From Scenedesmus sp. PABB004 (lineage: Eukaryota): a stretch of DNA of 64,000 bases. The stretch spans positions 372,001 to 436,000 of the forward strand of contig JABVCE010000017.1 in the NCBI GenBank assembly GCA_014905635.1. The letters run 5' to 3'. Positions 23,284 through 34,704 of this stretch are shown piece after piece (the first letter of the stretch is position 1; each line of letters starts with the position of its first letter). Both the position numbers and the translations under genes were made by a program. Under the pieces are notes generated by a model, which saw nothing but the letters and a program-made list of their open reading frames with translations, made no database searches and was not told the origin of the DNA.

Positions 23284-24158
23284 GCGCCCCTCCGGGCGCG
23301 CGCTGGCGCGTCGCCTCGGCCGCCTGGCGCCTGCGGCCGCGAGAGCGGCGCACGGGGCGTGGAGTGAGCACGCGGGCGGGCACAACAGGCGCCCCCGCAA
23401 GAAGGGCGGGAAAGAGAACCCACTCCCTCGGCGCGCCCCGGACGGCCCCTCTGGCACGCGCGGCGGCACGCCGGCACGCGATCACGGCGCTCGGCGCGCC
23501 GGCGCCGCCGCATGCCGGCGGCGCGCGCGGGGCGGGCCATCGCCGCGTCGGCCCGGCCCCCGGCGCCGCCGGCGCTCCGACGCGCCACCGAGCACCGCGT
23601 GGCGGTAGCCAGCCGGCCTCCCCGCCGCTGGCGCACGCTGCCGCGGCGCAGCGGCGCGCGTGCGACCGCCCCGGCGCCGCAACGCACCCGCTCCGGTGCG
23701 CCTGCCGCGCGCGGCCGCCGCCGGCTCCGCCGCGCGCTCCAACAGCGTGCCCGCGGCCTGCGGTCAGGCAGCGCGCGCGAGACGCCCCGATCCGGGCGCG
23801 TCGCGGCGTGCGGGCGGGCTCAGGTTGAGGCGCGCTCTCGGTCCCCGCCGGCCGTCGTCTGTCTCCCTCGCGTCACTAAAGCGGTGCTGTGGGCCGACGC
23901 GCGGCGGCGCGGCGCGCCTGGCCTGGCGGGGGCCGCGACCCGAAACCTGGACCTCGGTGACCACCCGCGTGCGCTGAGCCGCAGCCTCGCCAGCGGGCGC
24001 GGTACGGCCCACCACCGCAGGCGCCTCCGCCTGCCGTGGGGAACTGCCGCCGCGTGGCGTCACCGCGGCGGCGCCCGCCGCACCGCGCGCTCTCGCGCCG
24101 TGGCGCACGGCGCGGACGCGCGGTCGCGCGCGGTGTCGGGGCGTCACACACTCCAGCG

Positions 24159-27100
24159 TCACCCCCGCGGCGCGCCCCCGGCGGCGGGCCGCCGCGCCCC
24201 CGTCGCGCCGGCGCCCGCGGCGGGCGCCCAGGCGCCGGGCGGCGCCGCCGCCGCCCACTGCCCGCCGCCGCCCCAGCCGCCGCCAAAGCCCGCCGGCACG
24301 TGGTAGCGCGGCGCCTGCGCCTGCGGCGGCGGCCCGCCGGCCCAGCCCCCGGGCGGCCGGCCGTAGTGGGCGGCGGGGCCCGCGGCCGAGGTCGAGAACC
24401 CGGGCGTCGCCGGGATGAGCAGCGGGCGGCCGCCGGGGCGCGGCGCGCCGCCGCCCGCCCCCGCCGCCGCCGGCGCGCCCGCCGGCGCCTGCTGCGCCGG
24501 CGGCGCCCCCTGCGCCGGCGGCGCCCCCTGCGCCTGCCCCGGCGCCGCCGCGGGCTCGCCGGCGCAGTCGCCGGCGCAGTCGCTGGCGTCGCTGGCGTCG
24601 TCGTCGTCCGACAGGCTGAACTCGTAGGTTATGATCACGCCGCCGCCGCCGCCGCCGCCGCCCGCCGCGGCCGCCGCGGCCGCGACGCGCAGCGACTGCA
24701 GCCCGCCCGCGAGCGACTGGAGCAGGCGCGGCGGCGCCGCCGCCGCGGCGGGCGCGCCCGGGCCCGCCGGCGCCGGGCAGGCGCCGGCGCTGGGGTCTGC
24801 TCGCGCCCGCTGCCGCTGCTGCTGCAGCTCTGGCTGCTGCTGCTCGCCGCGCACGAAGGAATCGAACGCGCCACTCACAAAGGGGTCAAACGGCTGCTGC
24901 TGCTGCTGCTGCTGCTGGGCCGGCAGCGGCCGCGCCGCAGCCGCCGCGGCGGCGTGCCCCTGGTGCTGGTGCGCGTGCGCGGCCGCGGCGCGCGCGGCGC
25001 GCGCCGCCGCGGCCGCCGCGGCCGCCGCCGCGTCGGCGCCGGACGCGATGCGCGACTCCAGCCAGTCCACGACCGACACGCCCGGCCCGGGCACGTCCAT
25101 GGGCGCGTCCATCACGTCAGCCGCGGCGGGCGCGGCGGCCGGCGCGGCGGGCGGCGCGCCGTCGCCGAGCCACAGCAGGTCTGCCACGGCCGCGGGAGCG
25201 GGCCGCGGCGCCGGCGGCGCCGGCGAGGCGGCGGCGCCGCCCGCCTGCGCCGGAAAGGCGTCGTCCTCAAAACCCTGCGCCGCGCCGCCGCGCTGCCGCC
25301 GCGTCTCCTGCTGCTGCTGCCCCTGCCCTCGCGCCTGCTGCCGCTGCGCCGCGCCCCGCGCGCCCGGCGGCGCGCCGCCCGGCGGCGCCGCGCCCGGCGG
25401 CGGCGGCCAGGGCCGCGCCGGGTCGGCCCAGCGCCGCTCGGCGTACTTTGCTCGAATGAAGGCGGCGAGCTCCGGCGCGTCGCGGCGCGGGCGCGCAAAG
25501 CCGGGCGGCAGGCGCGCCTCGTGGTAGGCGTTGGCCGCGGCGTTGCCGGTCGTCGCCATGAACACCACCTGCTCCGGCAGCCACGTGTCGAGCGAGCACG
25601 AGCGCACCTGCGCGGCGGCGCCGGCGGCGGCGTCGGCGCGGCGCGGTCGGCGCGCGCGCGGCGGGCGCCCGCGCGCGCGCGTGCCGCCCCGCCCATGCGC
25701 GCGCCGCCCGCCCCGCCCGCGCGCGGCGCGGCGCGCCTTGGAGATGTGCGCCCCCAGCCCGCGGTGCGCGCCGGCGCAGCGCATGCAGAGGAACACTCCG
25801 AGCGAGACCGACGCCCAGGAGGGGCGCCCCGCGGGCGACGCGTCCGCACAGTCGGCGCACACGCGGTTCCCCGGCAGCGCGAGCAGCTGGCGCAGCTCCG
25901 CCTGGCGCAGCTTGTTCTCCTCAAAGCTCACGCCCTTGGCCTCGCCCGCGCCGGGCGGGGGCCGCGCCGGCGGGCCGCCGCGCGCGTCGTCGCGGCCGCT
26001 GCCGCTGCCGTCGGAGCCGCCCGGGCTGGGCAGCAGCTCGGCGGCGGCGCCGCGCGGCGGCGGCGGCGCCGCGCCGCCCCAGCCGCCGGCGGCGGCGGCG
26101 GCGCGCCCGCCTGCCGCGCCCGCCCAGCCGCCGCCGAGCGCGCCGAAGCGCACCGCCGCCGCGTCGCGGCGCTGCTGCAGCGCCGCCGGGTCGGCCAGCA
26201 GCTCCAGCAGCGCGCCCGCCCTGCGACCGCGTGGGCGCGCGGGCGCGGGGGCGCCGCCGTCGGCGTGGGCGCGCGCCACGGCGGCGGCGGGCGCGCTCCG
26301 CGGCGGCGGCGGCGGCGGCGCGCGCGCGCACCTAAGCCGCACGTTCAGCCCGTCGTCGGTGCCGCGCGGCCCGATCGCCTCGAAGCGCGACAGCGCCGCG
26401 AGCAGGCCGCGCGCCTCGCGCCCGCCGCACAGCGCCGCGGCGGTCGGCGAGCCGCGGACGAGCAGAAACTCGAGCGCCTGCAGGAGGCAGCGCGGGAGCA
26501 CGAGTCAGTGTGAGGTCGAGTGCTGGCTCGAGAGCGAGCTCGAGCTCGAGCGGGGGCCAGGCCCAGCTAGGGGGGCGCGAGCGAGCGAGAGCAAGCGCGA
26601 GTGCGAGCGGCGCCGGGCGGCGCGGGGCGGGTCTGGGAGGGGGGCCCCCTCCCTCCGCACCAGGAGTGCCTTGTACACGTTGCGCCAGCGCTCCGGGCCG
26701 CGGGAGAGGCGGAACACCAGCACGGCCTGCGCGCCGGCGCGGCGCCGCGCGGCGGTGAGGCGCGGCGTCCGGCGCTGCGTCCGCGCCCGCGCCCGCCCCC
26801 GCCCGCCCCCCGTCCCCTCGCCAGCCGCCAGTGCTCACATAGATGACGTGCGCCTGCTCCGGGTCGTGCGACAGCGCCGCGAGCTCCGCGAGCTGCTGCC
26901 CCGTGGGGCCCCTGCGCGGCGGCGCCGGCGCCGGCGGCGGCGTCGGCCACGCCGGCGCGGCGCGGCGCGGCTGGCGGCGCGGCTGGCGGCGCGCGGTTGG
27001 CGCGGCGCGGCTGGCGCACCAGGGGTCCTTCCGCGTCGCCTCGCGCGCCTTGCGCTCCACCGCGGTGAAGGGGTGCAGGCGGCCGGCCTTGATGGCAGTC

Positions 27101-27413
27101 ACATAGTCGCCTGGCGGGCGGGCGGCGGGCGCGTGGGCGGCGGGCGCGGCGCGGCGGTTGGCGGCCACCGCTGTTGCCGCTGGAGCGCGGCGGCACGGCA
27201 GCGGCAGCGGCAGCGGCAGCGGCAGCGGCGACGGCGGCGGGTGGCGGCTGCGGGACGCAGCGCAGCGCGCGCGCGGGGGCGCTCACGCAGCCAGGCGACG
27301 GTGTCGCCGAGGCCCTCGGCCACGCGCTCGAACGGGCCGCCCCGCGCCGGCGGCGGCGGCAGGCCGTACGGGCCGCCGCCAAACGGAGGCCGCTCAAGCT
27401 GCTGGGCGTACAT
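24159..27413 (-). CDS. ENTH domain + ArfGAP domain protein
   Basis: [55 protein letters not shown]. Arf[68 protein letters not shown]. Confidence 0.88.
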
Positions 27414-28198
27414 GGCGCCGGGGCCGCCGCGCCGCGCCGGCGGTCACGCGGCGCCGCGCCGCATGGGCGCGCGGCGCGCTGCTGCTGACGCGGCACCGCG
27501 GCGCGCCGCCGCAGCCCGCAGCCCGCAGCGGGCGCCGAGCGTGCTCAGACGCCTCCCGGCTGGGGACGGGGATCGGCGCCGGCCAGGCTGGGGCGCTCGA
27601 GTCGCGGCGGCGGCGCCGACAGCAGCGCGGCAGCTGCGGCGCGCGGCGCGGGCGGGGCTGCAGCGCGCGCAGGCAGCTTTCGCGGGCAGAGCGGGTCTGG
27701 CGCGATCCGGGGCGGCGCCTGCGGGACGCCCCGACACGGCTGCAGCGCGGGGGAAGCGGGCGGGCCGCGAGTCTGTGCTGGCCACGCTCGCGCCGCGGCC
27801 AGGCCGCCCACGGCGCCGCCCGTCGCACACCCGATCCACACCGCACCCCACCAGCCCGCGCCCGGGCCCACCCAGGCGGCCTTCACCACACAGCAGGCCG
27901 CGCCCGAACCAAGTCGCGCCCAGGGCAGCCCAGGGTCCCTGCTGCCGCCGGGACGTGCGCCGTAGAGTTGAACCGGTGCGGCCGGAGCAGCGCGCGCGCG
28001 GCGAGGAGCAGCCAGCGCCCGCGCGCGGCACGCCGCTGCTGTCGCCGCTGCTGCCGCCGGCGCCGCTGGCGTGCGGCAGGGGCGCGGGGGCTGCCCGTCG
28101 CGGTCGCACGCCGCGCGCCCACGCCCGCTCCCGCGCCGCGCGCCGCGCGCCCGCCAGGCGCCAGGCCAGAGCAGCGCACGCGCCGCGTCGCCGGCGCG

Positions 28199-28968
28199 AT
28201 GTCGGCCGAGGGCGCCGGCGGCGACGCCGGCGGCCCCGACGGCGGCCCCGGCGGCGGCCCGGGCGGCCCCGGCAGCGGGCAGCAGGACCGGTACCTCCCG
28301 GTCGCCAACATCGCGCGCATCATGAAAAAGGCGCTCCCCGGGAATGCCAAGATCGCAAAGGACGCCAAGGAGGCGCTGCAGGAGTGCGTGAGCGAGTTCA
28401 TCAGCTTTATCACCAGCGAGTGAGCCTTGCGGGCATTAGGATAATGGTTATCTGCCTGCGCGCGCTGCGTGTGCGCGCGCGCCGGCGCTGCGTGTGTGCG
28501 CGCGCGCGCCGGCGCTGCGCGCTCGAGCGGCTTGGCCGGGGCCGCACCTGTGTGCGCGTCTTGTCAGCCGCCGCGCGCCACAGCGAGCCCGCGCGCCGCC
28601 GGCGAGCCCACGCGCCGCCGGCGAGCCCACGCGCGCCCCGCACCGCGCCCCGCGCCGCGCCGCCGCAGGGCGAGCGACAAGTGCCTGCGCGAGCGGCGCA
28701 AGACGATCAACGGCGACGACCTGCTCTGGGCGATGTCCACGCTCGGCTTCGACGACTACCAGGAGCCTCTGCGCATCTACCTCCAAAAGTTCAGGGAGGC
28801 CGAGGTGCGGCGGCGCGGCGCGGCACGCGCGCGCGGAGGTGGCTGCGGGTGCTGCTGGGGCGGCGCGCGAGACGCGGGCGCGCGGCGCGGCGCTCACGCG
28901 CGCGTGGCGCCGCCGCCGCCGCGCCGCAGGCGGGCTCCGGCGGGGGCGGGCGCGGCGGGGGGCACTGA
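28199..28968 (+). CDS. NFYB: Nuclear transcription factor Y subunit B (histone fold), 3 exons
   Basis: [76 protein letters not shown]. Confidence 0.96.
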
Positions 28969-29581
28969 ATGACGCGCGCGCGGGCGCGGGCGCTGCTGTA
29001 CCATCGACCATCGCGCATTGCCGGCCCTCGCGGCGGCGCGGCCCGGCGCGGCGCGGCCGCGTGCTTCCTCCGAGGGCGCCTCAAAAGCTGCGAGGGCTGG
29101 GGTGGCCGTGCGGGGGCCCACCGTTGTGCGTCCAACAAGTTGGTTGTGATGCGCGCGCCAGCTCAGTCAACTTGTTGAGCGCACAACGGCGGGCCGCCCC
29201 ATGGCAGGCGCGCGCCACCGAGATTCTGGGGTCTTGTGCATGCGTTTGCCGCCGGCCGGCGGGTGCAAGTTGGCGCGCTGCTTCCGTTTTTCCCCCGCGC
29301 GCGCGGCTGGCCGCGTGTGCCGCCGCCGCCGTCCCTCCCTGCACGGCGCGCGCGGGCGGCGGCTGGGCCGGCTGTGTGCTGCGCGCTGACGCGGGGAGCG
29401 GCTGCAGCCGGCGTGGCCGCCGTCGTGTGACACGCGTTGCCCGACCCCTCGCCAGGCTCCCTCGCACCCCGCGCCCGCCCCGGCCCCCAGCGCCAGCGCC
29501 AGCGCCAGCTGCCTCGCTGCCCCTCTGCCCGCGGCCCGCGCCGTCGCGCGCGCCGGCCGCGGGGCCAAAACACCGCCGCGC

Positions 29582-30920
29582 TCAGCCGCCGTGCGCGCCG
29601 GTTGCGAGGTCGAAGACCGTCGCGGCGGCAAAGACGAGGAAGAGCGACCCCCCGATGTACTGCGCCGTCACCTCGCTGATGTAGCGGCTGAGGAGCGACC
29701 CGCCCGCGACGGCGATGCCGGTCGCGAGGCCGTGCCCCGTCACTGCGCCCGCGACGACGCCTGCGCGCGCGCGGCGCGTGTGCGCGTGCGTGGGCGATCG
29801 TGTGCGCGTGCGGCGCGCGCGCGCGCGAGAGCAGGACGGGGGCGGGGCGCCCACGCGCCCCCGCGCCGCCGCGCCGCCGCCGCGCCGCCGCGCACCCGCG
29901 GGGTCGCTCGCCGCGGCGAGGGCGATTGTCGCGAGGAAGCTCTTGTCGCCCCACTCGGCGGCAAAGACGAGCGAGAACGTCGACGCGACGAGCGCGGCCG
30001 TCGCGGCGGGCGCGAGCGACGTCACGACCTCGCCCGCCTCCTCCTTCTCCTCCGCCGCCTTGGCGCCCGCGTCGGCGGCGCCCTGCGGCACGGCGCGCGG
30101 CGCGGCGGGCGGGGCGCGCTCGGCGGCGAGCCCTCCCTTCCCGCCGCCGCCGGCGAGCAGCCGCCGCCGCCCCGCGCCGCGCCCAAGAGCAGGCTGAGCA
30201 GGCATCTGACTCTGCGCGGCCCTGTTTTCTTGCCTTGTCAGGCATTACACAAAACTACACACGCCCACCTTGAGCGTGGAGATGCCAAAGTAGAGCAGCA
30301 GCGCGACTGCAAAGAGGTCGTCCAGCGGCAGCCCCCGGCTCGCGGCGGGCAGCAGCTCGTCGAGCTGGTGGAAGACCTGCGGGCGGCCAGGGTTTAGGGC
30401 GGGCCGTGCGTCACGTGCCGCGTGCGTCATAACACGCGCTGCAACGCAGCGCGGGGCAGCCTCGAATGACGCTTGTCTTGTCACGGTCACACGGTCAAAC
30501 ATCAACGTAACAGAATAACGTAACGCACCTGGCCCAGCGCGACGCTGATGACGGTCATGATCGCGAGCGCGCCAAAGGTGCCGCTGAACACGGCGGTGCG
30601 GTCCTGCGGCGCGGCGGGATGCGGCGCGGCGCCGCGGCGGGTCGGCGCTCGCCGTGCACTCGGGCGCGCCGCCGCCGGCGCCGCCGCCGGCGCCCTCGCC
30701 GCGCCGGCGCCGCGCCGCGCCGCGCCGCGCGCCGCACCTCGCGCAGCGCGAGCAGCAGGGCGATGAAGAAGGTCTTGTCGCCGATCTCGCTGAAAAAGAT
30801 GAGCAGCAGGCTGCTGACAAAGCCCTCCGTGAACTGGCTGTCGCCGACGAGGCCTGCAGCAGTGGTCAGGTGAGGCGGGCGGGCGCGTGCGCGCGTGGCC
30901 GGCGGGAGGAGCGCGACGCC

Positions 30921-30951
<31 letters not shown>

Positions 30952-31515
30952 ACCCGGGATTTTGAGCGCCGACATCGCCTGCGCCAGCTGCGCGAGCGGC
31001 TCGGCGTGCGCGGGCCCCGCGGCGAGCGCGCCCGCCGCGACCGCGGCGGCGGCCGCCGCCGCCGCGCCGCGCGCCCAGCTGCCGCCGCCCGCGCCGCGCG
31101 CTGCGCCTGCAGCGGCCGCCGCCGGGGCCGGCTGCGCCGGCGCGGCGCGTGCGGCTGCGCCGGGCCGGAGCGGCGCCGCCGCGGCCGCGCCCGCCTCGCG
31201 CGCCGCCTGCGGGCCCCGCGTGCAGCGCGGGCGGCCGGCGTCGGCGCGGGCGGTCGGCGCCGGCGCGCACGCGGCCGCGCGCGCGCGGGCGGCGCGCTGC
31301 CCCCGCCGCGCCGCGGGCGCGCCGCGGCCAGTCGCGCGCGCGCCGCTCACCGCGCGCGCCGCCGCCAGGCCACCGCGCTGGACCTGCTGCGGATTGCTGC
31401 AGGGGCCACGCGCGAGCGCCGCCGCGAGCCCGGCGCGCCGCGGGCGGGGCGTCGCGGCGCGGGCGCCGCCGCTGCCGGTGCCCAGCGCCGCGCTGCGGCC
31501 CAGCGCGCGGTGCAT
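29582..31515 (-). CDS. PAM71: GDT1/UPF0016-family Mn2+/Ca2+ transporter, plastid-targeted (PAM71/CGLD1-like)
   Basis: Two family motifs, SEIGDKTF and AEWGDKSF, plus GHGLATGIAV and a transit-peptide-like N-terminus. Confidence 0.88.
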
Positions 31516-31999
31516 GGCGGTCGCTCTCAGCTCCAGGGGCACGGGGCGACGGCTGGCCCGCGCGACCGCGGCCAACGCGCTGCTGCTGCTGCCGCCCGCG
31601 GGTGCGCTGCTGCCAACGGCGCGCTGTGGGCGCGGGGCCGGTCGGGGAGGGCCAATTTGCGACGGCACGACCGCCTGCGTCGCCGGTCGCGCGTTTCGCG
31701 GCCTGCCGCGGTTTAATTACCCTGTAATTTGGGGGGCGCACGCCACCGCCACCAGCCGATGGCGCGATCACCGCCACCGCCACCAGGCGCTGTTTCGCGG
31801 GTGCTGCCGGCAGCGGGGGGAGGTGATCCCAGAGAATGCTGGGTCGCGGCGTGCCAGGCACGCCTTCGCCTACCCCCAAGCCAGGCAGCCCGCCCGCGCG
31901 AGCGCCGCGTTTCCGCTCCCGCGGCCGCAGCAACAGTGCGCACGCGGGCCGGCCGCCGGCGGCGAGGCCGGCGGCCGTGCACTGCCGGGGGCTGCTCAT

Positions 32000-32916
32000 T
32001 GACGAGCATGAACCTTTGCAAAGGCTCCCCGAGTCAGCGCAGCGGTCCTGCACGTGCTGGCTCCCCACGACGGCGACAGCAGCGCTCGTCGGGGCCTGCG
32101 TGGCCGCGCGGGGGCGCAGGGCAGGGCGGTGGGGATGGCCCAGCGCGGGGTCGCCGCGGCGCGGGAGCTTGGCGGGCCGCGCGCTCCCGCACCCAGCAGG
32201 GTCGACCACGCCCCGGGCGCGGCTGCGGCGCGGCGCGTTGCCGGCCGCCCCCGCGCGGGCGTGGCGCCAAGTCCTGCGGTCAACCCTGCGGCCGCCGGCG
32301 GGCGCGCGGGCGGGGGCGTCGCTCAGCGGGACGGGGGCGCGCTCACACTCGCGCTGGCGCTGGTGTCAGACGACGCGAGCGACGACAACATCACCGCAGC
32401 CAGCTCGGGCGTGTTGGCACGCTGGCTGTTCGTCAGGCCCAGCGTGTTTGTTGACAGCGCACACTGCACAGCGCACACTGCACAGCGCTGGCGGCCGCGT
32501 TTGCGGCGGCTGGCGAGGCGTTCGCGCAGGCGGTCGCGGGCCCCGCGGAGCAGCTGGCCTCGCGCCTAACACAGCTGACGCTCGCCGGCGACCAGATGCT
32601 GGCGGTGCGAGACGCGCTGGCGGTCGCGGACAAGGCAGACCTGGTGCGCGTGGTCGACCAGCGCGGCGGGGAGTGCGTGACCGTGCCGGTAGGTTGGATG
32701 CACTTTGTGTCCAACCTGCTGCCCTGCGTCAAGGTCGCATTCGAAGTGCTGCGCCCCGCGCAGGCGGCCGGCGCGCTGCGCGCGCACCGCCGCCTGCGTT
32801 GTGCGTGTTGGGACCTGCCTCCCGACTACCAGCGGGTCACGCACAACGTATGGGACACGCTGCAGGCGTGGGCTATCAAGCTGCGGGCCGCCGAGCGCGC
32901 GTGGGCTGCCGGGTAG
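32000..32916 (+). pseudogene. Degenerate JmjC/cupin-like gene
   Basis: C-terminal JmjC-like strand pattern VVDQRGGECVTVPVGWMHFVSNLLPCVKVAFEVLRP. The upstream segment VLARWLFVRP is out of frame because of a 14-bp tandem duplication at 32454-32481. No clear HxD motif; the 5' boundary is uncertain. Confidence 0.55.
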
Positions 32917-33411
32917 GCGTGGGCCAGCTCGGTCGACGTGGCTAGCGCCAGTGGCCTCGGGTGGGCGCCGCCGCGAGTAGGTCCATTCAGGCCACGGCAC
33001 TGCGCGCTGCTGTTGCTTGCTTCTGATGCTGCGCCGTGGTTGTGCCTGGTGTGGGCCAAGGCTGGCCAGCCCAGCCCGCCGGCGGGCAGCGCCCCAGCCC
33101 GCGCGAGCCCGACGGGGGAGCGACGCGCGCGGCAGCCCGCGCGCGGGTGTTGGCGGGCGCCCGCCTGGCCCGGCCGTGCCCCTGCCCGGCGGCTCAACGC
33201 GCCGACAAGGCCTAGCAACGCCGAAGCCGCAGTTGTAGGCGGCTGGGCGGGCCTCGCAGGCGCCCTTTAGGCGGGCGCGGCCTCGAGGGCCGCCATGGCG
33301 ATGCTCTAAACCGTAAACCCGGCCGTCGCGGCGGGCCAAGGCCGACGGCGCCCCGTGTGCCCGCCCCTTCACCCGTCGAGCCTGCTGGGCAGCTTGGCAA
33401 GGCGCGGCAAG

Positions 33412-34704
33412 ATGGTGCGACCGCGCGCGCGCCGGCGCGGCGATGAGCGGGCGCCCATCGCGGCGGCCCGCCGCCCGCGCGAGCCCGGGCGGCCGCGCGC
33501 GCCCGCCCGGCGTTGGCGGCCGGGTCGGGCGGGGTCTCAGCGCGCGCCACCGCCCGGGGCGGGCGCAGGTGAACGTGCCCAAGACCAAGAAGGCGTTCTG
33601 CAAGGGCTGCAAGAAGCACATGATGATGAAGGTCACCCAGTACAAGACGGGCAAGGCCTCCCTCTACGCGCAGGGTGAGGATCGCGGGCGGGCGCGCGCC
33701 GCGGCGCGCCGCGGCGGCCGCTGCTGTGCGAGCGCCGCCGCGCCGCCGCGCGCCGCAGGCAAGCGCCGCTACGACCGCAAGCAGTCCGGCTTCGGCGGTC
33801 AGACCAAGCCCGTGTTCCACAAGAAGGTGCGGCGGCGGCGCACGCCGCGCGGCGGCGGCGGCGGCTGCGGGGCAGTTGCCCGGCGGCATGCGGCAGCGGC
33901 GGTGGGCGTCCGCGCCGGGCGTCTGCGCCGGGCGGCGGCGGCGGCGGCTGCCGCGCGGGCCGGGCCGGCGCGGCGCAGCGTCGCGACACGCCGCGCGACG
34001 GGGACAGCGGCAGGCAGCGGCCGGCGGGCGGGAGTGTGTGGAGCTGCAGCGGCGGCGGCGGCCAGCACGCAGCTGGGCCAGCACCGGCGGCGCTGGCAGC
34101 AGCGGCACGCGCACGGACAGCCCGGCGCCCTCCGCGCCCGCCCTGCCTCCCTCGCCCGTCCCGCCGCGCCGAGGCGCTCCCCGCGCGGCGCCCCCGCCGC
34201 CGCGCGCTCACGCGCGCAACCGCCGCCGCGCTGGCGCGCCCCTCCCCTCCATCAACTCGCAGGCCAAGACCACCAAGAAGATCGTGCTGAGGCTGCAGTG
34301 CTCCGAGTGCAAGCAGTCGGCGATGAAGCCGATCAAGGTGGGTGCGGCCGCGGGCCGTGCGGGACGTGGGCATGGGACGGGGTGCGGAGGCGCAGGACCG
34401 GGACCATCATGGCCGCGGCGGCAGCAGTCGGTGGCAGCGGCGGCTGGCGGGAGCAGGCGGGCAGGCAGCAGGCGGCAGCAGCAGTCGGTGGCAGCGGCGG
34501 GAGCAGGCGGGCAGCAGCAGCGGAGCGGCCGGCGGCGGCAGCCAGTAGGCCGCTCCCCGCCCGCAGCCGCGCCCGCCGCGCGCCGCGCCGCACGCCCGAC
34601 GCCGACGCTGCGCGCCGCCGCCGCGCCCCGCGCCCCGCCCCGCGCCGCAGCGCTGCAAGCACTTTGAGATCGGTGGCGACAAGAAGAGCAAGGGCGCCTA
34701 CTGA
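33412..34704 (+). CDS. RPL36A: 60S ribosomal protein eL42 (L36a/L44), 5 exons
   Basis: [101 protein letters not shown]. Confidence 0.97.

Noticed and set aside
33795..33826. Possible cycloheximide-resistance allele of eL42
   Set aside because: The sequence reads [11 protein letters not shown], with the sensitive-type Pro rather than Gln.
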